Shown here piece by piece: positions 8,803 through 16,889 of a stretch of DNA of 64,000 bases. Every line of letters begins with the position of its first letter. The stretch's first letter is position 1. This stretch comes from an uncultured Acidimicrobiaceae bacterium (GTDB lineage Bacteria > Actinomycetota > Acidimicrobiia > Acidimicrobiales > Bog-793). Location: NCBI GenBank assembly GCA_963841155.1, contig CAWJBM010000005.1:264475-328474 (forward strand), read 5' to 3'. Under the pieces are notes generated by a model, which saw only the letters and a program-made list of their open reading frames with translations, was not told where the DNA came from and ran no database searches. The position numbers and the translations under genes were made by a program.

Positions 8803-9972
8803 ATGTTAGATCTAGATGATGCTTGGGTGGACGTCGAGCTTGAGGCTGAGCAGGCGATGTGGGATGCGCCACACACGTCATGGGATGCCGTCAACACACG
8901 GTGGGCGCTGGAAGGTCTGTTGGATGACCCGCCGCCGGTGTACTTGAGCCGAACAGATGGCGTACTACTGCTGTACAAGGGGAAGGTTTCTGACATCCAC
9001 GGTGAGCCGGAGGCGTGCAAAGGCTGGTTCGCCTGCTATGCGGCGACTGACGTCCTCGCCCGTGGAGACGGTGTCGTCTACGTGGACTTCGAGGACAGCA
9101 TCAGAGGAATCCTCGGGCGGATGCGGAGTCTTGGCGTTTCAGACGAAGTCCTGCTAGACGGCTTCTCGTATGTCGGACCCACGGAGGCCTTGCAATCAGC
9201 AGCCGTCGAAGGCGGAAAGGACACGAGGCTCAGCTTCGAGAGGACTCTCAGGGTGTTAAGTCGGCCAGTCGGGCTGGTCGTGCTCGACGGGGTCACGCAG
9301 GCGATCGCCAATCAGATGATGGGTTCCTCGAACAGCAATGATGACATCGCAGCTTTCTACCGGGACATGCCGAGGATGATTGTCCACGATGAGAACTGTG
9401 CGGTACTGCTCGTGGACCACGTCACCAAGGACGCTGGCAATCCACGGTTCGCCATCGGCGGGATGATGAAGCTCGCCGCGGTGGACGGCGCATCGTTCCA
9501 AGCCGAAGTTAAGGTGCCGTTCGGCCGTGGGCGGAATGGCCTCGTCCTCATCAAGGTCGCGAAGGACAGACCCGGCTACGTCCGTGAGCATGGCGGTGAG
9601 ACTGATGGCCTCCTACAGCAGATTGCGGACATGCACCTCGAATCCGATGCTGAGACGGGTGCGGTCACGGTTCGGCTTGAGCCACCCATCGACGATGCTG
9701 GACTGCTCCGGATTCGCATGGGCATCGTCTGTCGAGCGTTGCAGAACAACGCCCTGCTCAACGTCCCAGACCCTGGTCTCTCGCTTACTAAGCTGCGGGG
9801 CGTCCTTCGTGGCTGCGGTAACGACAAGAAGGACGAGGTCGTTAAGGAACTGGTTCGGCGCAAGTACGTCCGAGTCGAGGTCCAGGGGATTGGCAAGGCG
9901 ACGCTGCACTTCCTCATAGACCCTCAGCTAGACATCTTGGCGGCACAGATGGCCGAGTTTCCACCTCGATAA
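8803..9972 (+). CDS. RecA-fold ATPase of the AAA_25/RepA-like type (island replication/maintenance), atypical P-loop
   Basis: 389 aa. P-loop-like 'GEPEACKGW', Walker-B-like 'GLVVLDGV' and 'LLVDHVTKD' resemble plasmid RepA/AAA_25 proteins. RBS 'aggag' upstream. Confidence 0.6.
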   Translation: MLDLDDAWVDVELEAEQAMWDAPHTSWDAVNTRWALEGLLDDPPPVYLSRTDGVLLLYKGKVSDIHGEPEACKGWFACYAATDVLARGDGVVYVDFEDSIRGILGRMRSLGVSDEVLLDGFSYVGPTEALQSAAVEGGKDTRLSFERTLRVLSRPVGLVVLDGVTQAIANQMMGSSNSNDDIAAFYRDMPRMIVHDENCAVLLVDHVTKDAGNPRFAIGGMMKLAAVDGASFQAEVKVPFGRGRNGLVLIKVAKDRPGYVREHGGETDGLLQQIADMHLESDAETGAVTVRLEPPIDDAGLLRIRMGIVCRALQNNALLNVPDPGLSLTKLRGVLRGCGNDKKDEVVKELVRRKYVRVEVQGIGKATLHFLIDPQLDILAAQMAEFPPR

Positions 9973-10039
9973 GGCTACCCTGCCACATATGTGATATTTC
10001 ATCTAGAACCTATGAAGAGTGGTTTGCGACCTGCTCTTG

Positions 10040-10076
10040 ACCCTGCCTGCCCTAGACAGAGTCTAGGGGGCAGGGT
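10040..10076 (+). terminator. Strong hairpin downstream of the RepA-like gene
   Basis: 16 paired bases ('accctgcc..ccctagac' / 'gtctagggggcagggt') with a 2-nt bulge and 3-nt loop, followed by 'tggttgatt'. Weak T tract. Confidence 0.45.
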
Positions 10077-10424
10077 TGGTTGATTAGATGCACATATGAC
10101 AGATCCACTATTTTAGGGTTGCTACGCAGAAGGGTGAGTCTCGGACGCGAGACTGGTATAAAGCGTGGGTTCTCGCCACCCACAATGTCAGCAAGCCATC
10201 AAGCTACCCATAGACTAGCAGATGTATGGGGGGGCGGGTCAAACCCCTATGACCTTGTTGCAAATGTCACCCGCGCCTCAGCAGACAATTTGTACGGGTT
10301 ATTGAGCCTCAACGTTCAATAATCGGTACGGTGTAGCACATAAGTCGACGACGGCTCCGCTTGTACACAGCCAGAGGCCGTCCTTCTGGCAACCCTCGCG
10401 TATCATCTCACCAGGGAGGACGCC

Positions 10425-10601
10425 ATGCCCCGTCGCCGATCACTCACGAGCAACCTCTACCGGGCCGCACGGCTCAGCAACAACGTCCGGGCCGCCTCAC
10501 GTGCTCCAGGCGCCTACGCGAAGCGCGTGGTGCGTCGGAAGACCTACGGCAAGTCCATGGGCGCCACCGGACGGTTTCTGAGGATCTTCGGACTCAAGTA
10601 A
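10425..10601 (+). CDS. 58-aa highly basic small protein, unknown function
   Basis: ATG preceded by 'agggagga' at -5 to -11. Translation 'MPRRRSLTSNLYRAARLSNNVRAASRAPGAYAKRVVRRKTYGKSMGATGRFLRIFGLK'. Below the ORF-track length cut-off. Confidence 0.5.
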   Translation: MPRRRSLTSNLYRAARLSNNVRAASRAPGAYAKRVVRRKTYGKSMGATGRFLRIFGLK

Positions 10602-10611
10602 GGAGGCGGCT

Positions 10612-10758
10612 GTGGAGATCAGATGCGCCGAGTGCGGTTGTGTCGTCGACCGAGGCGTCCGCGTCACTCCCTGCGGCGATCCGGAGTGTTGCTGCAAAGA
10701 GCTTCCGGTTCGTGGGGGCGACAAGGATCAGGCACGCGAGACAGGGCGGATTAAGTAG
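10612..10758 (+). CDS. 48-aa seven-cysteine (zinc-ribbon-like) micro-protein
   Basis: GTG start 4-5 nt after 'aggagg', which overlaps the upstream stop. Translation 'VEIRCAECGCVVDRGVRVTPCGDPECCCKELPV...'. Confidence 0.4.
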   Translation: MEIRCAECGCVVDRGVRVTPCGDPECCCKELPVRGGDKDQARETGRIK

Positions 10759-10917
10759 GCGGCGCTCTGGCGGACCTGCACCCGGGGCTACGGTATCTCG
10801 CCCCCAGACCCGGGTGCCGGCTGAGAGCGACTTTACTACCAGTTCGCTCCGGATGTTCGTGGACGGTGTAACCACTCCCGGTGCTCAAGGTGACGGCGCG
10901 AGGGACCGATGAAATGA

Positions 10918-10972
10918 GTGGGTGCACGACCTCAACTTGCCTGCGAGGGTGAGCAGCGGGTCGTGCACCCAC
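10918..10972. repeat. 14-bp perfect inverted repeat (possible bidirectional terminator or protein-binding site)
   Basis: 'gtgggtgcacgacc' 10918-10931 and 'ggtcgtgcacccac' 10959-10972, between convergent small ORFs. Confidence 0.4.
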
Positions 10973-11093
10973 CCGTTTAAGTATCCCGCGGGACCGGGCA
11001 TGGGTGCGGCAGAGTTTCGGATCGCAACGTGAAGCGGGTGCACGCGCTCGCCTGGCTCTAATAGCCCCGCTACCTTCAGCCTCGCGGAAGATT

Positions 11094-11330
11094 TCAGGGG
11101 CTTAGAAACGATCTGCGACCAGGGATTTCGCGCCGCCCCAACTCCCTCAACGCCCGCACGAGCTGACTGAGGATCGCGAGCGCCCGCTCCCGACTGAGCC
11201 CGCTTGCGGCCTGCGGGGGGAGCATGGCGATCGAGCGACGGAGCACCTCGGCTTCCTCCGGCGACAGGTCGGCCACGTTCCTACAGTACCGAACGTGTGT
11301 TCGACGCGCTAGGTGAATTCGGAGCCGCAC
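11094..11330 (-). CDS. Hypothetical 78-aa protein (weak call)
   Basis: ORF lying between two ~37-bp direct repeats. No recognisable motif. Confidence 0.3.
   Translation of the reverse strand: MRLRIHLARRTHVRYCRNVADLSPEEAEVLRRSIAMLPPQAASGLSRERALAILSQLVRALRELGRREIPGRRSFLSP
11098..11134 (+). repeat. Imperfect direct repeat, copy 1
   Basis: 'gggcttagaaacgatctgcgaccagggatttcgcgcc'. About 31/37 identical to 11357-11393. Confidence 0.5.
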
Positions 11331-11356
11331 CTCTACCCCTCGACGACGGCTTTACC

Positions 11357-11393
11357 GGGCTTAGAAACGACCTGCGAACAGGACCTTCGCGGC
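11357..11393 (+). repeat. Imperfect direct repeat, copy 2 (70 nt upstream of the TIGR04255 gene)
   Basis: 'gggcttagaaacgacctgcgaacaggaccttcgcggc'. Confidence 0.5.
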
Positions 11394-11462
11394 TCAGTTC
11401 GCAGATCGGCTCGCTGCTGTTGGCTGCGCCACTACGCGATTACGAAAGCATGACTCCCTCAA

Positions 11463-12329
11463 GTGGGAGAAGCGCCTAACATAATCCCTGCCGTGGCCGA
11501 TCCACTCGTACGTCCTGCTCACCTTGCCGATTATGAGAACCCTCCCATCAGGGAAGCTGCTGTAGGCGTTGAGTTCACGCGGCTACTGGGCCTTCGTCAG
11601 GCACACTTAGGTCTCTACTGGGAACGCATACGGTCCGACTATCCGGTTGCCGAGGACTATCCCGCGCTTCCGCCAACTCAGGATTCCCCCGTTCCGATTC
11701 TCATGCCCGCGTTTCAGTTGAATCTTGGAGGCACTATACCGCCCCAGCGGGCCATTTTTGCCTCGATGGAAAAGGATCGACTCGTTCAGGTACAAAACGA
11801 CCGTTTCGTTATTAACTGGCGAGGCCCTGGAGAGACCTATCCACGCTTTGATGCCCTCCGCGAACGCTTTAAGACTCTGTGGCTTGACTTCTCGGAATTT
11901 GTCACCGAAGAAGGCGTCGGTTTAATAGTGCCATCGCGCGTGGAAATAGCCTATGTAAATCACATAATGAAGGACTCTCCTGTGGAGTTCCTGAACTTCG
12001 CAGAACAATTTGCGGTCTCGGCACCTGGAGTCGGATCCAAACCGTCAGACGTTCAGGTAATGCTTCGATACACGATCAACGTCGGCGACGGTCAGGAGGG
12101 CTCGCTTCAAGTTGCAGTCAATCGGCCCGTTCTTACACCATTTGCAGTCAGTCAGCTAATTGGCGGTTGGGTACTCACCCTCGTTTTTCGTGCGCCGATT
12201 CCGGATCCAACAGCGCCAGAGGCGGTTTATCCATTACTGGATCGTGGTAGAGAAGTTATCGACCAGACCTTCGAGGACTTGACACGACTTGATGTCCAAC
12301 GCGATGAATGGAAGAAGAAAGTTGTCTGA
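11463..12329 (+). CDS. TIGR04255-family protein (uncharacterised, sporadically distributed family)
   Basis: 288 aa. N-terminal signature 'YENPPIREAAVGVEFTRL...AHLGLYWERIRSDYP' matches my memory of TIGR04255 proteins ('Y.NPPI.EAV..v.F', 'hlG.fw'). Confidence 0.65.
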   Translation: MGEAPNIIPAVADPLVRPAHLADYENPPIREAAVGVEFTRLLGLRQAHLGLYWERIRSDYPVAEDYPALPPTQDSPVPILMPAFQLNLGGTIPPQRAIFASMEKDRLVQVQNDRFVINWRGPGETYPRFDALRERFKTLWLDFSEFVTEEGVGLIVPSRVEIAYVNHIMKDSPVEFLNFAEQFAVSAPGVGSKPSDVQVMLRYTINVGDGQEGSLQVAVNRPVLTPFAVSQLIGGWVLTLVFRAPIPDPTAPEAVYPLLDRGREVIDQTFEDLTRLDVQRDEWKKKVV

Positions 12330-12807
12330 GATAACAGCGTTCTATTCGCCTGCTCTGCTGCAATCGTGGCAGGTTGCCACATCGGCTTCGCCGAGCGTGG
12401 TCATCGAACCATGGAGTCCGGAACACGCGCCAAACTGGCTGGGAGAGGTCGCGACCAGACTCAGTGAGCTAGAGCAGCTGGCTGATGGCTGGGATGGTCA
12501 CGGCGCTCTCGCTCCGACCAGTGACGTGCTCGTCGATTCCTTCAGCGAATTCGGCTCGATTATTCCGAGTGTCGCTCCTGAGCCGGCAATTTTTCCGACA
12601 ACCGTAGGCGGCGTCCAGTTCGAGTGGACAGTCGGAGACATCCACGTTGAACTCGAATACCTACCAGGCGGTGTCGTCGACGGATGGGCAGGCGATTCAC
12701 ACGGTCAAGAATGCTGGCACGGCGCCATGGCCGAGATCGGGTCCGCAGTATCTCCGTGGTTGGAGCGATTGTCGCGGTTCGTCCTCGTCAGAGATTTAGG
12801 TTTGTAA
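12292..12807 (+). CDS. Hypothetical protein, second gene of the TIGR04255 operon
   Basis: About 171 aa. Overlaps the upstream gene by 26-38 nt depending on start (ATG 12292 or 12304). Motif 'LEQLADGWDGHGALAP ... FPTTVGGVQFEW'. Confidence 0.55.
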   Translation: MSNAMNGRRKLSEITAFYSPALLQSWQVATSASPSVVIEPWSPEHAPNWLGEVATRLSELEQLADGWDGHGALAPTSDVLVDSFSEFGSIIPSVAPEPAIFPTTVGGVQFEWTVGDIHVELEYLPGGVVDGWAGDSHGQECWHGAMAEIGSAVSPWLERLSRFVLVRDLGL

Positions 12808-12815
12808 GTGCGCTA

Positions 12816-13328
12816 ATGCCGGTACCAGACGATTCAGTAGTGCCGGACTGGGAGCTTCTGATTCGCCGTGTGATCATTAACAAAAACTCTGTGAAGGTGA
12901 ATCAGGACGGACGACTACAGTTCACAACAGCCGGCTTTAAGCTGGACGCTGACGGAGTCTCTGTCTATCGGGCACAGTTGTTGCACCTTCTGGGTCTTAG
13001 GCCGAGTGACACCGTCGGTGGCCGAAAGGATGGCGCTCCCGTTGGGATAATGGTGGGACATGTCCGGGCTGCAGGGGCGGGAGTCGTGCCCGACCCAGTT
13101 CCGCTACCGGTTGCCGTCATCGACCCCGCTCACGCGCTCCTCAAGGTCGACGGCAAGCCCTCTCTCTATCACGTGCTTGAAAGAGCATTCATCCTCTCGC
13201 GCACGGTGGTGGTGCAGGGCACACCGCCAGAGGTTGTCGTCGTTGAAGTACCTGAACAGGAGAAGGTATCCAGGCCGCGGCGTTTCGGCCGCTTGTGGTT
13301 CCTGCCGCGTCAGCGTCCACGCGAGTAG
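12816..13328 (+). CDS. Hypothetical protein, third gene of the TIGR04255 operon
   Basis: 170 aa from ATG 12816, 8 nt after the upstream stop. 'DWELLIRRVIINKNSVKVNQDGRLQFTTAGFKLDADGVSVYRAQLL'. No family recognised. Confidence 0.55.
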   Translation: MPVPDDSVVPDWELLIRRVIINKNSVKVNQDGRLQFTTAGFKLDADGVSVYRAQLLHLLGLRPSDTVGGRKDGAPVGIMVGHVRAAGAGVVPDPVPLPVAVIDPAHALLKVDGKPSLYHVLERAFILSRTVVVQGTPPEVVVVEVPEQEKVSRPRRFGRLWFLPRQRPRE

Positions 13329-13711
13329 TTCGAAGGGAGTTCCCGACAACAACGTGACTACAACTCCCGGCCAAACTCCGCGAAGGATGGTGAGCTGCAA
13401 AGCCACCTCCACTCAGGTAAACATTACGGGCGGGCGCCGGAGGTCGCGTTGATCCTCGTCAGGGTGCTCGCCGAGGCGTCGGCCACCCACACCGAGCCGT
13501 CCCCCACGGCGAGCCCGGTCGGTTCCGGGCCGACGTGCGAATTCCGAGCCATTCCGTACACCCGTTCCGATCGAATCCGTACACCGATTCCGACGTTTTC
13601 GTACACCCGTTGAGGAGACCCTCCTAGCAGCTGGCGCGAGGTAGCCCCTGCTCGGCAGGCTCCTCGGACAACCCGTCCGAGGAGCAACCGTTGACCAGAC
13701 CCCGTGTCGCC

Positions 13712-15232
13712 ATGCGCAAGATCCGAGATGTCCTCCGGCTGAGCTTCGGTGAAAAGCTCAGCCGCCGCCAGGTGAGTGCCTCGCTCGGCATTCCCGTCAC
13801 CACCGTGTCCGACCACGTCATGCGTGCTGTGGCGGCGGGCTTGTCCTGGCCGCTCCCCGACGAGCTCGACGACCACGGCCTCGAGCAGTTGCTGTTCCCG
13901 CCAGTGGTGCCGAAGGGCATCGTCCGGCCCACTCCGGACTGGAAGTACGTCCACCTCGAGCTGCGGCGAAAGGGCGTGACCCTGCAGCTTCTCTGGCTCG
14001 AGTACCGCGAGGACCATCCCGACGGTTACGGCTACAGCCAGTTCGCCAACCTGTACCGGGCCTTTAGGGGACAAGTCGACGTCGTCATGCGCCAGGAGCA
14101 CCGGGCGGGCGAGAAGCTCTTCGTCGACTTCGCGGGCCAGACGATCCCGATCTACGACCGAAGAACCGGCGAGGTGACACTGCAAGCCGAGCTGTTCGTC
14201 GCCGTCGCCGGGGCGTCGAGCTACCTCTACGCCGAGGCCTTCGCCTCCCAGGAGCTCCTGTACTGGGTGACCGCCCACACCCACGCCTTCGAGTTCATGG
14301 GGGGATGCCACGAGATCGTGGTCTGCGACAACTTGAGATCGGGCGTCACCCGGCCGCACCGCTACGAGCCCGACGTGAACGCCACCTTCCAGGAGATGGC
14401 GGCCCATTACGGCGTCGCGGTCATCCCGACTCGGACCTACAAGGCCCGGGACAAGGCCAAGGCCGAAGCCGGAGTGCTCTTGGCCGAGCGCTGGATAATC
14501 GCCCGGCTGCGCCACAGGCACTTCACCTCGCTCGGCGAGGCCAACGCCGCCATCGCCGAGTGCGTCGATGCCATCAACTCCCGCCCGTTCAAGAAGCTGG
14601 ACGGCTCCCGCAAGATCCTGTTCGAGGCTTTGGACCGCCCGGCGCTCAGGCCACTTCCGCCCGAGCGTTATGAGTTCGCCACCTGGAGGCAGGCCAAGGT
14701 CAACATCGACTACCACATCGAGGCCGACCACCACTACTACTCGGTGCCCTACCAGCTCGTCGGCAAGGTCGTCTACGTGCGCAGCTCCGCCACGACCGTC
14801 GAGGCCCTCTACAGCTCGAAGCGTGTCGCCTCGCACCCCCGCAGCTTCAAGCGTGGGCAGTTCACGACCGATCCGGCCCACATGCCCGAGTCGCACCGGC
14901 GCTATGCGCAGTGGACCCCGAGCCGCATCATCAACTGGGCGAGCGCCACCGGCCCCTCGACCGCGAAGCTGATCGAGGCGCTCATCAGATCACGGCCCCA
15001 TCCCGAGCAGGGCTTCCGCTCCGCGCTCGGCATCATCCGCCTCGCCGATCGCTACGGCACCGAACGCGTCGAGGCGGCGTGTGGCCGGGCACTTCACCTT
15101 CGTGCCTACTCGTATCGAAGCGTGCAGTCGATCCTTGCCCACTCGCTCGACAAACAACCCTTGCCCGAGGCGCGCCCGAATCGTCCCCATCCCCGCCACC
15201 ACAACGTGCGCGGGGCGACCTACTACCAATGA
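13712..15232 (+). CDS. istA: IS21-family transposase IstA
   Basis: N-terminal HTH 'MRKIRDVLRLSFGEKLSRRQVSASLGIPVTTV'. DDE core 'FVDFAG...VVCDNLRSGV...', 'ARDKAKAE'. ATGA overlap with istB. Confidence 0.9.
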   Translation: MRKIRDVLRLSFGEKLSRRQVSASLGIPVTTVSDHVMRAVAAGLSWPLPDELDDHGLEQLLFPPVVPKGIVRPTPDWKYVHLELRRKGVTLQLLWLEYREDHPDGYGYSQFANLYRAFRGQVDVVMRQEHRAGEKLFVDFAGQTIPIYDRRTGEVTLQAELFVAVAGASSYLYAEAFASQELLYWVTAHTHAFEFMGGCHEIVVCDNLRSGVTRPHRYEPDVNATFQEMAAHYGVAVIPTRTYKARDKAKAEAGVLLAERWIIARLRHRHFTSLGEANAAIAECVDAINSRPFKKLDGSRKILFEALDRPALRPLPPERYEFATWRQAKVNIDYHIEADHHYYSVPYQLVGKVVYVRSSATTVEALYSSKRVASHPRSFKRGQFTTDPAHMPESHRRYAQWTPSRIINWASATGPSTAKLIEALIRSRPHPEQGFRSALGIIRLADRYGTERVEAACGRALHLRAYSYRSVQSILAHSLDKQPLPEARPNRPHPRHHNVRGATYYQ

Positions 15233-16002
15233 AAGGAACAGACGTGCTCTCCAACACGACCATCGAGGGCCTGCACACCCTTCGGCTCCAGGCCATGGCC
15301 TCCGGCGTCATCGAACAGCGCGAGCAGCCCGACTACGCCGCGCTCAGTTTCGAGGACCGCCTCGGCCTGCTCGTCGACCGGGAGCTCCTCGCCCGGAGCA
15401 ATAGGCGCCTGACTCGCATGCTCAAGTCCGCGAAGCTCAAGGTGCCCGCGGTGGTCGAGGACCTCGACTTCCGCCGTCCCCGCGGGCTCGAGCGGCAGAC
15501 GGTGCTGCACCTCGCCGAGTGCCACTGGGTGAACCAGCACCAGGCGGTTCTCGTCGTGGGCCCGACCGGGGTCGGAAAGACCTACCTCGCCTGTGCGCTC
15601 GCGCACTGCGCGATCCGTCACGGGCACACGGCGCTCTACCTGCGCGCCCCACGGATGTTCGACGAGCTCGCAATCGCACGCGCGGATGGCCGGCTTGCAC
15701 GGCTCATGGCCAGCTGGGCACGCATTGACGTCCTCGTCATCGACGATTTCCTGATCCGTCCGCTCAACTCCGACCAGGCGGCCGACCTGCTCGAGGTGAT
15801 CGAGGACCGTGCCCAGCTGCACTCGACGCTCGTCACGAGCCAGCTCCCGGTCGCCCACTGGCACGAAGGGATAGGAGACGCCACGATCGCCGACGCCGTG
15901 CTGGACCGGCTGTTGGAGAGGGCGAACCGCATCGAGCTCGTCGGCGAGTCCCTGCGCCGGAGCGAGACGGCGACCGCCGCCAAGCCGAGGAACGCCAAGT
16001 GA
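15229..16002 (+). CDS. istB: IS21-family helper ATPase IstB
   Basis: Walker A 'GPTGVGKTYLA', Walker B 'DVLVIDDF' and a typical N-terminus 'LRLQAMASGVIEQ'. Confidence 0.9.
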   Translation: MKGTDVLSNTTIEGLHTLRLQAMASGVIEQREQPDYAALSFEDRLGLLVDRELLARSNRRLTRMLKSAKLKVPAVVEDLDFRRPRGLERQTVLHLAECHWVNQHQAVLVVGPTGVGKTYLACALAHCAIRHGHTALYLRAPRMFDELAIARADGRLARLMASWARIDVLVIDDFLIRPLNSDQAADLLEVIEDRAQLHSTLVTSQLPVAHWHEGIGDATIADAVLDRLLERANRIELVGESLRRSETATAAKPRNAK

Positions 16003-16096
16003 CCGTCCGAGGATGTTCCACGGTCCGGGTCAGCCCGCCGACGTCCTTCGTCACGCCGGAGTGCCTTCTACGAGGTTCACCTCCAAGCCGAGGTGT

Positions 16097-16429
16097 ATGG
16101 CCGTCCGCGCAGCTATGAACGAACGTCGCGACCACTACCTCGCCCCCGCCACAGACAACGACACCGAGTCGGTGCTCGACGAGGCGATCGACTCGCTCGC
16201 GAGGTTGCGTGCCATGGGAGGGCGGGGCAACGCCGGCGTCGATCTTCACCTTCTCACGAGCTTGATCGACGAGGCGACGAGACGGCTGCGCGGCGCCGTT
16301 GCCCGAGCGCGCGTCCAGGGCTACTCATGGGCGGAGATCGCCGATCTTCTCGGAGTCACCCGGGCGAGCGCGTGGCAGCGCTACGCCGGGCGAAGCGACG
16401 ACCCGACGCCGGTCGAGGACAGGCCATGA
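16097..16429 (+). CDS. Passenger HTH protein inside the IS21 copy
   Basis: About 110 aa. C-terminal 'VQGYSWAEIADLLGVTRASAWQRYAG' is a sigma-70 region-4-like HTH. Lies between istB and the right IR. A 45-codon ORF follows with ATGA overlap. Confidence 0.45.
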   Translation: MAVRAAMNERRDHYLAPATDNDTESVLDEAIDSLARLRAMGGRGNAGVDLHLLTSLIDEATRRLRGAVARARVQGYSWAEIADLLGVTRASAWQRYAGRSDDPTPVEDRP

Positions 16430-16889
16430 ACGGCCGGGTGAGGCTGTTTCTCGTCAGCGAAGTCGAGCCGGATCAGCGCGACATTTCGCCGCGTTCGACG
16501 GCGAGCTCCAGTGCCTGCAAACTATCGATCAAGCACCGCGAAGGAGGTGAGCTAACGGGATAGGCCCCCAAGCGTCGGCCGCTGCGCGGCCTCCGACGCC
16601 CGCGTCCGAAAACGTCGGACTGGGTGTACGGAATCATCGGAATACGCAGCCGACGGGCCTCGTGGCCGGAAACCGCTTGCCCGAGATCCAGGTCGGGTCG
16701 GGTCAGTGGTCGGGGCAGGGCGTGAGTGGAGGCCAGCCGATTGTGCGTCCGGCTCTAGCCGCACGTTGTCCACGACAGGCGCCCACGTTCGCCCACTGTA
16801 GGGTGGACAAGGCGCTCTTCTCTTTGTGGGTCTCGACGATGCCGCATCTGCCCAGCGCTTGCCGACATAGCGATCGCATCTGAAAGTAG

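Larger units (their letters stand above)
13536..16648 (+). mobile_element. IS21-family insertion sequence (istA-istB plus passenger ORF)
   Basis: Ends 5'-TGCGAATTCC... and ...GGAATACGCA-3'. Inverted 'attccgtacaccc' / 'gggtgtacggaat' and 'ccgacgttttcg' / 'cgaaaacgtcgg' sub-repeats. 7-bp target duplication 'gccgacg' at 13529-13535 and 16649-16655. Confidence 0.85.

Noticed and set aside
13424-14896. 490-aa minus-strand ORF
   Set aside because: It lies antisense to the well-supported istA gene and crosses the IS21 left end. The translation is low-complexity (G/V/L/D/R-rich), typical of shadow ORFs in high-G+C DNA. Only its last ~35 codons, outside the IS, look like a real gene scrap.
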